From: an uncultured virus (IMG/VR IMGVR_UViG_3300020207_000005)
Taxonomy: Duplodnaviria; Heunggongvirae; Uroviricota; Caudoviricetes
IMG/VR virus record: IMGVR_UViG_3300020207_000005
Length of the DNA stretch: 57,521 nt
Strand: one strand, 5' to 3'
This document shows positions 40,171 to 48,762 of the stretch, one piece after another (positions within the stretch are counted from its first letter, which is position 1; each line of letters opens with the position of its first letter). Position numbers and translations under genes: made by a program. The notes below the pieces were generated by a model. The model had not been told where the DNA came from and made no database searches. It worked only from the letters and a program-made list of their open reading frames with translations.

Positions 40171-40514
40171 TATTTAGTCCTCTTATTAAATGCATCATTG
40201 CGGGAATCTTGGCCTGGTATTTTACCACGACAAAATGAAACAAAGAAACTCGCATAGTTAATTAAATCTTTTGCTGAATCTTCAAGAGATTCGAAGTTTG
40301 GATTATAATCATCACTTTGCATAGCTTCCATAACCGATTTCATACGTAGCATTTTTGCATGCATGATATCGTGAATAGTTACAATACCATTAGGATAGTA
40401 TTGTGCTTGTTGTACAGTTGAATTAGGATTCTGATAATCCCTAGATTTTTTCAACTGAAGGTCGATACATTCTTGAAGAACGTTGACCGCTTCGGGGTTA
40501 TTATTTTTAGGCAT
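40170..40514 (-). CDS. Nucleotide-modification-associated domain 1 (Nmad1/DUF1599-like, MazG-related)
   Basis: LQLKKSRDY...KMLRM...ESLEDSAKDLINYA pattern. Confidence 0.7.
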   Translation of the reverse strand: MPKNNNPEAVNVLQECIDLQLKKSRDYQNPNSTVQQAQYYPNGIVTIHDIMHAKMLRMKSVMEAMQSDDYNPNFESLEDSAKDLINYASFFVSFCRGKIPGQDSRNDAFNKRTK

Positions 40515-41850
40515 TAGTTTCCCTCATAGTTAAAATCATTTTATATTCATCGAGAGTAAGAGTTCCCATGTTTCTGTTATGTTCGCTTCTTACCATCGCA
40601 CCATTCTCAATTACACTCTTACCACCTTGTGACCAAGGAGTATCATGTCCAAATACAGCATCGTCAAGTTCTAAAGGTTTTCCATCAATTGCACAAACAT
40701 AACCTTGTGCTGCTAATGCTTCTTCTCTATCGAGTTTACCTAGAGAACGTTTCGTATCTAAAACTGTAATTCCATCTGGTATTATATCACAGTTTCCGTG
40801 AATTGTAAACTGTTTATATACAAGTTTCTGTGCATTACCTGCAGCTGAGTGTCTTCGATACTTTCTGACAAATTCCTTAACAAAGAAGGTGGTATCATTG
40901 TATTCAATCGTTTCTTTTTCGAGAGACGTATCATTTTTGCCAGTAAGTAGTGTATAAGTTTTCATAAAGAACTTAAAGAAGTCCTCATCATTATCAATTT
41001 TAAACTTATCGAATTGTTCAACCAATCCAAAGTAATACACAGAAAAAGCCGAGAAGATTGCGTCATTTAAACCAAACTTACGGAATACACGTAATTTTAA
41101 AGCAGCGTCTAAGAAATCGTCTACTCTTGATTGTACAGTTTTAGGAATCTCATTATCTTCACGACATAGTGTTTCGATTTCTGTTTGACCAGCATCAACT
41201 AAACCTTTACCCATAGAACGGATTATTGCGATAGCAACAAACTCGTCCCATCTACGTCTTGGGTTGGGTTGGTCATCAACCCAGTTTGGCACAACAACTT
41301 TACCATCAGGTTTAATTTGTTTTTCGAACAACGGATGTGGTTCATTAGAATACTCGCGTACATACGAAGTTTTTCTACGTATATACTCACACACTTTAGA
41401 TTCTTCATCAGACATTACCATTTCCATAAAGTTGGTTGGTGTTGTCGTGTTGATATTTCTAAATAGACGTGAAGCTTCAGAAGAAGTACATACTCTTACG
41501 TCAACTGGTATATCGACATCACTCAGATTAAAATCTGAATCAATGTATTTCTCACCATCGATGAGAATCTTTCCAGTATAGTAAGCTTTAAGAGCTCGAC
41601 AGCGGTGTCCGCCATCAATTACAAGATAATCACAACCATAAATCTTTTGTGCTTCGACATCATTGCGAATGTCTCGAATGGTTAACATTCCAGCACCATA
41701 ACCGGACATGAGTCCTTTGATAATTGCGATTGATTTTTTTACGCCGGAAGAGACGGGAGGTCTCTGGCCAATTGGGTCGGGATTTAATTTTCCCGTATTA
41801 AGAAGGTCTACAATCTCTTGCGCAGACATTACTTTTACGTTATATTCCAT
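40507..41850 (-). CDS. DUF262/ParB-like N-terminal domain + C-terminal HNH nuclease (GmrSD-like architecture)
   Basis: PIGQRP, LVIDGGHRCRAL and LFRNIN (DUF262 QR/DGxxR/FxxxN motifs); CAIDGKPL...GHDTPWSQGGKSVIENGAMVRSEHN (HNH). Confidence 0.8.
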   Translation of the reverse strand: MEYNVKVMSAQEIVDLLNTGKLNPDPIGQRPPVSSGVKKSIAIIKGLMSGYGAGMLTIRDIRNDVEAQKIYGCDYLVIDGGHRCRALKAYYTGKILIDGEKYIDSDFNLSDVDIPVDVRVCTSSEASRLFRNINTTTPTNFMEMVMSDEESKVCEYIRRKTSYVREYSNEPHPLFEKQIKPDGKVVVPNWVDDQPNPRRRWDEFVAIAIIRSMGKGLVDAGQTEIETLCREDNEIPKTVQSRVDDFLDAALKLRVFRKFGLNDAIFSAFSVYYFGLVEQFDKFKIDNDEDFFKFFMKTYTLLTGKNDTSLEKETIEYNDTTFFVKEFVRKYRRHSAAGNAQKLVYKQFTIHGNCDIIPDGITVLDTKRSLGKLDREEALAAQGYVCAIDGKPLELDDAVFGHDTPWSQGGKSVIENGAMVRSEHNRNMGTLTLDEYKMILTMRETNA

Positions 41851-42113
41851 AATCGTTTCTACTCCGATTTATAAGTTAGTTCAATGACCATCAACTAGGT
41901 CACATATAGGTCTCGGCAGAGGTTGTCCGTTTTGGTGTTCCTTACTTTCACTCGGTTGATATACCTCGAAACTTTCGTCGCTTGGTATATCTGTTGGTGT
42001 TTCAGGGGTTCCATATTAGGAGCAGTATTCCCTCTACCAAGGTGATTGTTGGTTCGTTACCGTCGTGGGTCCTAAACTTTCGTCTCGCCGTCATAGCCTA
42101 TTCCCAACAATCT
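41851..42113 (-). ncRNA. Putative structured non-coding RNA/long 5' leader upstream of the DUF262-HNH gene
   Basis: About 46% GC by hand count (41891-42110). Helices 42112-42104/42052-42044, 42041-42031/41922-41912 and 41991-41984/41965-41958; two GAC-GAAA-GTTT tetraloop hairpins; begins at the predicted TSS. Confidence 0.7.
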
Positions 42114-42118
42114 AGTAT

Positions 42119-42172
42119 ATTATACTATAGTTTTTCGTAAATGTCAACTGTTTTTGTGAAAAAAGTGCAACT
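42119..42172 (-). promoter_or_regulatory. Strong sigma70-type promoter with A/T-tract upstream element
   Basis: TTGACA 42147-42142, 17 bp spacer, TATAAT 42124-42119; upstream CACTTTTTTCACAAAAACAG. Confidence 0.85.
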
Positions 42173-42174
42173 TT

Positions 42175-42399
42175 TTACGGAAGTCTTGGTTGTGGTTTAA
42201 TAACGAAATTGTTTTCAACGATGTAAAGTTTATCTTCAGCTTCAGCAAGTTTTGTAACTTCTAAATCGATTGTTTCGATAATACCAGGATGTTCTGCGAC
42301 ACCCACTTGTTTTTCTAACAATACATCAATATTTACTTTATGCTCTGCAATTTGAGCTTTATATTTCGCTACTAGAGCGTTTACGATTGGCTCTTTCAT
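42175..42399 (-). CDS. Conserved small hypothetical protein of marine T4-like phages
   Basis: NIDVLL...VGVAEHP.IIETID.E...LA...DKL motif. Confidence 0.75.
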   Translation of the reverse strand: MKEPIVNALVAKYKAQIAEHKVNIDVLLEKQVGVAEHPGIIETIDLEVTKLAEAEDKLYIVENNFVIKPQPRLP

Positions 42400-42827
42400 T
42401 CTATTCTCCCATTAAATAAATTCTTTAAGAAGAGGCCGTGGTTACCTTCGTGATTAGGAGCTTCCCAACCTTCAGGTTTTACTAAATCTGGAACACCTAA
42501 GGGATTAGGTCTAGATTCTTTCACACCAACTTCTTTTGCCATATTAGCATTGAGAACTCTATCCCATGCTTCATGTGGATTAACGCCATAAGCATCAAGT
42601 GTTCCTATGGCAACAACACATAGGTCGATTAATCCATCGACTATTTCTTCAGGGTCTCCTTCCTTAAACGCTTTCTTCGTTTCAGTTAGTTCTTCCTCAA
42701 GAAAATTAATTCTAAATTCTAAAAACTTTTTAAGCTTCTCAACATCATCACGATTATCCCAAACCCATTCACGAGTTTTATATTTCGTTTGCATGTTGTG
42801 AATGTCTTCTACCCAGTTTCTACTCAT
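42396..42827 (-). CDS. MazG-like/PRA-PH nucleoside triphosphate pyrophosphohydrolase
   Basis: FLEEELTE...EEIVDGLIDL...V..ANMAK...DLVKPEGW. Start moved to ATG 42827. Confidence 0.82.
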   Translation of the reverse strand: MSRNWVEDIHNMQTKYKTREWVWDNRDDVEKLKKFLEFRINFLEEELTETKKAFKEGDPEEIVDGLIDLCVVAIGTLDAYGVNPHEAWDRVLNANMAKEVGVKESRPNPLGVPDLVKPEGWEAPNHEGNHGLFLKNLFNGRIE

Positions 42828-43128
42828 TTGGATATCCTTGTGCAATATAAACACCAATCATACCAATATCACCTTCAGATAGCATACCTGCTGTCGGCCA
42901 CATCATTGCAGATTGTGGTCCTACAACTTCTTTATTTTTATATGCTAATAATTTTGAAATGATTTCATCAGCAGATTGTCCTTGTAATTTAGGACCGATT
43001 CCACCTTGACCCTGAGGTCCGTGGCAAGCTGCACAAGTATTCATTGTTGAACGAATAGGTGCAAATCTATCTTCAGCATTAGCTGTATTAGAGATAAGTA
43101 ATGCTGCAATTACAATTAAATATTTCAT
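42820..43128 (-). CDS. Class I c-type cytochrome (c553/c4-like) with signal peptide
   Basis: Sec signal MKYLIVIAALLISNTANA, CAACHG heme motif, GPKLQGQ, distal Met (SAMM), LSEGDI. Confidence 0.88.
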   Translation of the reverse strand: MKYLIVIAALLISNTANAEDRFAPIRSTMNTCAACHGPQGQGGIGPKLQGQSADEIISKLLAYKNKEVVGPQSAMMWPTAGMLSEGDIGMIGVYIAQGYPNE

Positions 43129-43343
43129 TATAAACTTTCCTTTAGTTCGTTGAATCCACCAACGTGCTTTCCATCAACAACAATTTGAGGGAATGTTCTA
43201 GCACCTGGGAATAAGTCAAAAAATTCTGGTGGAGTATAATCTTCATTTAACATTTTGTATTGGTACTCCAACCCTTTCTGTTCACAAAGATTTTTTGCCA
43301 TCGTACAATAGGCACACTGTTCTTTGCCATATATTACTACCAT
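43128..43343 (-). CDS. Glutaredoxin
   Basis: CAYC, RTFPQI and VGGFNEL motifs. Confidence 0.9.
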   Translation of the reverse strand: MVVIYGKEQCAYCTMAKNLCEQKGLEYQYKMLNEDYTPPEFFDLFPGARTFPQIVVDGKHVGGFNELKESL

Positions 43344-43351
43344 AGTTTCTC

Positions 43352-43639
43352 CTATACTAATTTTAATCCTGAATTGCCTGGTAATGCGATTCCACTGGTG
43401 ACTTCGACAACTTGTTTCTTAAGTTCATCTGAAGGTTCAACCATAAACATTACGTGAGCTTCTCCGATTACAACTGGACCTCTTTTAGCGTAAGGTACAA
43501 ATGGAACCATTCCAATTTTTCCTTCACCTGCAGGAACTAATAGAATTGCATCTGTTAAAGTATAGAATCCTTTATCATATGAAACTTTAGCTACTACTTC
43601 TTCACCTGTTGATAATCTTACGATATTGATATCACTCAT
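43352..43639 (-). CDS. Hypothetical protein (Sm-like fold, common in T4-like phages)
   Basis: IVRLSTGEEVVAK...GMVPF.PY; AAGGAG SD. Confidence 0.75.
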   Translation of the reverse strand: MSDINIVRLSTGEEVVAKVSYDKGFYTLTDAILLVPAGEGKIGMVPFVPYAKRGPVVIGEAHVMFMVEPSDELKKQVVEVTSGIALPGNSGLKLV

Positions 43640-43662
43640 AGTGTTCTCCTTAAATTTTGGCT

Positions 43663-43691
43663 ATTATAACACATAATAGCGCATTTGTCAA
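43663..43691 (-). promoter_or_regulatory. Sigma70-type promoter
   Basis: TTGACA-17-TATAAT with TGn. Confidence 0.85.
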
Positions 43692-43696
43692 CTGTT

Positions 43697-44449
43697 TTAT
43701 TCAAAACATTTACTTGGGATAAAATCTGGAATTTCTGGTTCTACTGCCCAAGTGATTTCCCTATTATAAGGATTATACTTTTCGTCAGTAAAATAATCTT
43801 CCATTCTTACAAGTTCACCAGGATACTTTTTATACATTTCACCCATCCATTCGTATCCTTCTATTAATTGATTAATTAAGCGCTTTTCAGTTTCATTTGG
43901 TCCTGCTGCTGGTCTTTGACCAAAATCGATATGATGTCGAACAGTTTCACCTTTACCTAGTGTTCCTAGGTGAAGTACCTTTTGTCTTTCTGCTGCTTTT
44001 TCTAAATATTGTCTTTCTAACCATTCATCTCTTACGAATCCTGTTCTCGCAAAATCCAAATGGTCTTGTTGTCTTACCGCAATCCAACTCTTAGCTTGAG
44101 CTGCAAAGTCTTCACGATAAAGATAATAAATCTTATCCATTGATTTAAACATTCTATCTCTGAGTTCTTCATCGACTAATTGACCAGGCATAAGTTTAAA
44201 ACAACATGAGTGTCCTTGCTCAAGTTGATTAACAAATAATTCTGTTGATTGTAAGCGTGTCTTTTCTTCGTCTGTACAATCTTCAAAGTAATTTACGATT
44301 TGCCATTGTGCTTTTGCTGCACCTAGTCCATAAGGTCTTGGATAGAACGTAAACATTTCACCTTTATAAGGTGCATTATATTCGTCTGCTTTTAATAACG
44401 TAAAACTGGTACTTCCAGTTCTAAAGTTTGTGACTACACATATTTTCAT
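43697..44449 (-). CDS. Sulfotransferase-like protein (Stf0-type fold)
   Basis: N-terminal VVTNFRTGSTSF (5'-PSB loop), GE.F, FKLM, YLYRED..AQAKSW (3'-PB-like) and MED motifs. Confidence 0.6.
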   Translation of the reverse strand: MKICVVTNFRTGSTSFTLLKADEYNAPYKGEMFTFYPRPYGLGAAKAQWQIVNYFEDCTDEEKTRLQSTELFVNQLEQGHSCCFKLMPGQLVDEELRDRMFKSMDKIYYLYREDFAAQAKSWIAVRQQDHLDFARTGFVRDEWLERQYLEKAAERQKVLHLGTLGKGETVRHHIDFGQRPAAGPNETEKRLINQLIEGYEWMGEMYKKYPGELVRMEDYFTDEKYNPYNREITWAVEPEIPDFIPSKCFE

Positions 44450-46992
44450 GTAAAAAAGTCCTCAATTGTATTTACTTTTTCGGATTTCCAACCCAGAGGT
44501 TCAATAATGTTTTCGACTGGTCCTAAGAACACTTTATCGAATTGAGTATCATAATCAATATACTTGTCGAGTCCTAATTCTTTAGGAAGTACACCGGGGA
44601 ACGATATCATATTTTCACGAATAGGATTAGGCACTTTAAGATAAATGAATTTTATCTTGTCACCTGATTGAACCTTTTCGTATTTCTTATCGAGTTTTTT
44701 CTGTGTAAGGAAGTGATTGTAGAGAATACAACCACGAACATGCATTGGACATCCTTTTCTATATAGAGTTTCCTTACTCATGTATTTATTGATATTGTCT
44801 GTGCCCGAAGTTTTAGCAATATCTTCGGGAGGTAAGCTACGAAATTCATCACGGAACTTCGCAATAAATTGTTGTGTTTCTGTTTCATCACCAGACAAGA
44901 TAACCTTAAAGATTTGTTTCATCTTTTCACGACATATTTCAGGTGTCGATGAGCGAACTGATTCTAAACCAGTAACAGAAACTTTTGGTTCTTCATAGTG
45001 AACACCTTCACTATTCAAAGCATTAAGGATATATCTTTTCTTTGCGATAAAGATTGAACGGTCAGTAATCTTTTCACGTTTCATAACCATCGCGTTTCGA
45101 TATGCACCCATGTCATTTGCAAGTTTTTCATATCCTTGTTCGATGATTTGTTCGATTTTAGTAGAACATACTTTATCTAAGAATTCTTCACCTTGCTTAC
45201 GGTCAATGTCTACTGTACCGAATACTTCTTTGATGAATGGACCAAAGTTTACGTAAATTGAATCAGTATCAATGTATACGATATAATCTTTATCTTTCGT
45301 GTTGAGTATCTTGTTGAGATAATCATTTACAGATTTTTGAGCATATCGAATACTTAACTGACCAGATGTAGTGATTGCTTCAGCCATTTCGTTAATATAG
45401 TATAAGAAGTAGATATTTGCTGTCGCACCATAAAGAGAGTTCATAGCAATTTTGATTGACATTTGAGAATTATGAAGTTGATTCATTTCTCGTTTCAGTC
45501 TTTTCTTTTCAACAGGGTCAGTTTCAACTTCGAATTGTTGTTCAACTGCAATCATTTGTTTCTTAATCACAGAACGATTATTATAGTATTCGTCAATGAT
45601 ACTTGGAATAATACCAACTTCATCGTTTCTAAAACAAACACCATTTGCAGCAACCGACATATTTGTATTCGTATTTTTAAACTCACTATTGAGTACCATG
45701 TCTTGTGTTACAACTTCACGTTCATTAGGAAGATATGTTTCAGGTGACATATTGTATTGCAACATTAAATGAGGATACAGAGAGTTTAAGTCAAATGATA
45801 CAACCCAAGGATACATTCCTGGTTTTGGGTCTTTTACGTAACCACCAACGAGTTCACCCATACGTTGACCAGGCGAATCTTTAACTGGAGGAACAACTTT
45901 GTCAGCAATGAGTCTACGATAAATTGTAGATTCCCAAATACCCACAGTACCAAATGCATCATTATAGTTTACACCACCACCATAAGCAACAGTCATTACC
46001 AACGCGAGAAGAGATGTTTCTTCTTCCATTCTTTGAATGAGGTGTGTATCTTTTAAGTTATAGTCGAGATAGAGTTGTGGGTTTTCGTCATATAAAGCAG
46101 TCAATGAACCGTATTCAGAATAATCAAGTTTCTTTTCACCAAGAATAACATGAGCGATGTGGTCAAGTTTATATGATTCTTGTGGACCATACTTATAACC
46201 AAACTTTTTAAACGCATCCATATAGTCAATAACAGACATACCAGAAATTTTGTATGTTGCTTGAACTTTACCGAATACCTCTCTACGTTTTTGGTCAATC
46301 GATTTCCAAGGAGAAAGTTTCTTTGCGGATTCTTCACCAAGTAGTCTTATAATACGTGTTACGATGTATTGTATATCAAAGTATTCTACGTTCCAACCAG
46401 TCACGATATCTGGATAGTCAGCAGTCCATAGTTTAATAAATCCTTGGAGCAATTGAGCTTCAGTATCGAATTTTGCGAATACGATATTATCTGGGTCAAT
46501 ACCAGTTATCGTTTTTGTTTTATCATAATCTTTACGACCAAGTAGGAAGTACTTTTTAGACTTTGATGATTTATATGCGATAGAAGTAATTTCATTATTT
46601 GCTTGTTCAATATCTGCGAATCCATCACGAATGTCAACCTCAATATCGAAAGATACGATGTTCACATCAGCAATATTAAATCTTACTTCTTCTGGGTAAT
46701 GTTCTTGAATGAATTGTGTAACGAAGTTTGTTGAACCAAATACTTCGAAACCAGCGACACCTTTATACTCTTCAATAAAGTTTTTAGCTTCACGCATTTC
46801 ACCAAACTTTTGAGGATGTAGACTTTTACCACCAATCAACGACTTGAAGTCACCACCTTTCTTTGGTGTATGAAGATATAGTGTGGGTTTAAATGGAACA
46901 CGATACGAGAAACGTTTACCGTTCTCATATCCTCGCCATAAAATATTCTTACCGTAGCGTTCTACGGAAGTGTAAAATGAAGTCATTGTCAT
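44446..46992 (-). CDS. gp43: DNA polymerase, family B (gp43)
   Basis: FDIEV, SFDLNSLYP, KIAMNSLYG and YIDTDS motifs; 848 aa, no intein. Confidence 0.97.
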   Translation of the reverse strand: MTMTSFYTSVERYGKNILWRGYENGKRFSYRVPFKPTLYLHTPKKGGDFKSLIGGKSLHPQKFGEMREAKNFIEEYKGVAGFEVFGSTNFVTQFIQEHYPEEVRFNIADVNIVSFDIEVDIRDGFADIEQANNEITSIAYKSSKSKKYFLLGRKDYDKTKTITGIDPDNIVFAKFDTEAQLLQGFIKLWTADYPDIVTGWNVEYFDIQYIVTRIIRLLGEESAKKLSPWKSIDQKRREVFGKVQATYKISGMSVIDYMDAFKKFGYKYGPQESYKLDHIAHVILGEKKLDYSEYGSLTALYDENPQLYLDYNLKDTHLIQRMEEETSLLALVMTVAYGGGVNYNDAFGTVGIWESTIYRRLIADKVVPPVKDSPGQRMGELVGGYVKDPKPGMYPWVVSFDLNSLYPHLMLQYNMSPETYLPNEREVVTQDMVLNSEFKNTNTNMSVAANGVCFRNDEVGIIPSIIDEYYNNRSVIKKQMIAVEQQFEVETDPVEKKRLKREMNQLHNSQMSIKIAMNSLYGATANIYFLYYINEMAEAITTSGQLSIRYAQKSVNDYLNKILNTKDKDYIVYIDTDSIYVNFGPFIKEVFGTVDIDRKQGEEFLDKVCSTKIEQIIEQGYEKLANDMGAYRNAMVMKREKITDRSIFIAKKRYILNALNSEGVHYEEPKVSVTGLESVRSSTPEICREKMKQIFKVILSGDETETQQFIAKFRDEFRSLPPEDIAKTSGTDNINKYMSKETLYRKGCPMHVRGCILYNHFLTQKKLDKKYEKVQSGDKIKFIYLKVPNPIRENMISFPGVLPKELGLDKYIDYDTQFDKVFLGPVENIIEPLGWKSEKVNTIEDFFT

Positions 46993-47015
46993 AATCTACT
47001 TTTGTTAGAGGTACC

Positions 47016-47044
47016 ATTATAACACAGGTACCGTGAAATGTCAA
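47016..47044 (-). promoter_or_regulatory. Sigma70-type promoter (gp43)
   Basis: TTGACA-17-TATAAT with TGn. Confidence 0.85.
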
Positions 47045-47049
47045 CTACT

Positions 47050-48762
47050 TTATGCAGCAAGTTCACTAAAGTTTTTAATCTTATCGAACTTGAGAGATGT
47101 GTCAAATTTATCTGCAAACTGGTCTCCACGATGAGAGATAACAAATATGTTATCGTCACTGTTTAGACTGTGTAGTGTCTCAATCAAACTTTCGATACCT
47201 ACACCATCGAGTGCACCATCTAATGTTTCATCGAGTATTAATAAGTTAGTGGATACTGAGTTACGTAGTTTAGCAACACTTCTCCATGCTAACATAATTG
47301 ATAGAGTGATACGTAATTTTTCACCTTCACTAAAAGATGCATAGGTAAATTTATCTCTGAATCTTGAGCGTATCACTTCATTAAAGTTTTCGTCTAGTTG
47401 GAAATCAACGAATAAGTCAAATGCTGCTAAATACTTATTGATAAGTTTATTCATAACAGGAATATATTGACTGATGATTCTCGCTTTGATTCCACCGTCT
47501 TGTAGAATTGTTCTTACAATTCCTAATACTTCATGATGGTCTAATAATTCTTTACGTTGTTCTACGAGCTTTTCAAGTTTTGATTCATGTTTTTGTAGAG
47601 ATGTAATGTCGACCTCTTCAACTTCACGTTCAGCATTTTCTAATTCAGTCTTCATAGACTTTAGAGCGTTCTTAGACATCTTAATCTCAGCTCTATATTC
47701 TGAGATTTTAAAGTTTACTTGTTGGATTTGTTCTTCTATTTTTGAGATTGAGTTCAGTCTGTCTTGATGTGTTTTAATAACGTCAGCAATATCAACTAAA
47801 CCTTTTTCAATCTCAACTTTTTGTGTATTTCGATTCGTGGTAATTTCTTCTTTAAAATCGTGAGCAATACCCTGTTTACATGTAGGGCAATCATCATTAT
47901 GTTCGTAGAAAGATAATTCTTTTTCTAATGCTAACCTATCACGTTCAAGTTCTGTTCTCTTGTCAGTAGCATCTTGGAATTTTTGTTTCTCGTCGGGTTT
48001 GTCTGATATATCATCATAAAGAGTTTTGATAATTTCATCTTGAGCATCGATGATTTTATTCTTTTCTTCGACAGCATCAATATGTACAACCATCTTCTCT
48101 TTAATCTTATCGACTTCTACTTCTTTAATCTTACGAATAGCATCGTTATTTTCTTTTACGAGTGCTATATTACTTTCAGCAACTTCTGATTTGTATTGGT
48201 TCTCATTGATATCGTTTTTATTTGAATTCATTTGGTCTTTTGCTAATAGGCCCATTGTACTAAAGACTTGAATGTCAAGTAAATCTTCGATGATTTCTCT
48301 ACGTTGTTGAGCGGGTAATTCCATAAAGGGAACATACGTTGCACTTCCAAGCACGACAATCTGATTAAAGGATTTATAATTAATCCCTAGGATATTACTC
48401 TCCAAGTGTTCTTGGTAATCTCTCTTGGCAGCATCCTGGTTAATCATCACACCATCTTTATAAATCTCAAAGATGTTAGGTTTCATACCACGCTTAACCA
48501 TAAAGTTATTTCCACCTGCAGTAAAGTAAATCTCAACCAACATACCTTTCTGATTGATAGAGTTAATGAGCTGAGCTTTGTTTACTTTACGAAAAGGTTT
48601 ACCATATAGACCAAACGTGATTGCGTCGAGTAATGTACTTTTACCAGAACCGTTTGAACCACTAATCAATGTGGTAGGCTTATCACCTAAATCGATTTCA
48701 GTAAATGTATTTCCTGTTGATAATATGTTTTTGTATTTTACTTTCTTAAAGTTTATTCTCAT
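47050..48762 (-). CDS. gp46: Recombination endonuclease ATPase subunit gp46 (Rad50/SbcC)
   Basis: GSNGSGKST, CPTC hook, FSEGEK and LILDE motifs. Confidence 0.95.
   Translation of the reverse strand: MRINFKKVKYKNILSTGNTFTEIDLGDKPTTLISGSNGSGKSTLLDAITFGLYGKPFRKVNKAQLINSINQKGMLVEIYFTAGGNNFMVKRGMKPNIFEIYKDGVMINQDAAKRDYQEHLESNILGINYKSFNQIVVLGSATYVPFMELPAQQRREIIEDLLDIQVFSTMGLLAKDQMNSNKNDINENQYKSEVAESNIALVKENNDAIRKIKEVEVDKIKEKMVVHIDAVEEKNKIIDAQDEIIKTLYDDISDKPDEKQKFQDATDKRTELERDRLALEKELSFYEHNDDCPTCKQGIAHDFKEEITTNRNTQKVEIEKGLVDIADVIKTHQDRLNSISKIEEQIQQVNFKISEYRAEIKMSKNALKSMKTELENAEREVEEVDITSLQKHESKLEKLVEQRKELLDHHEVLGIVRTILQDGGIKARIISQYIPVMNKLINKYLAAFDLFVDFQLDENFNEVIRSRFRDKFTYASFSEGEKLRITLSIMLAWRSVAKLRNSVSTNLLILDETLDGALDGVGIESLIETLHSLNSDDNIFVISHRGDQFADKFDTSLKFDKIKNFSELAA

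Noticed and set aside
41895..42094. Two short - strand ORFs (30 aa MTARRKFR..., 39 aa MEPLKHQQ...) within the putative ncRNA
   Set aside because: They have no convincing SD and atypical codon use, and base-pairing explains the sequence better. A leader-peptide role remains possible.
41912..42112. CRISPR array, tRNA or group I intron interpretation of the structured region
   Set aside because: The repeats are only 7-11 nt and irregularly spaced. There is no cloverleaf or T-loop, no interrupted gene, and no recognisable intron core.
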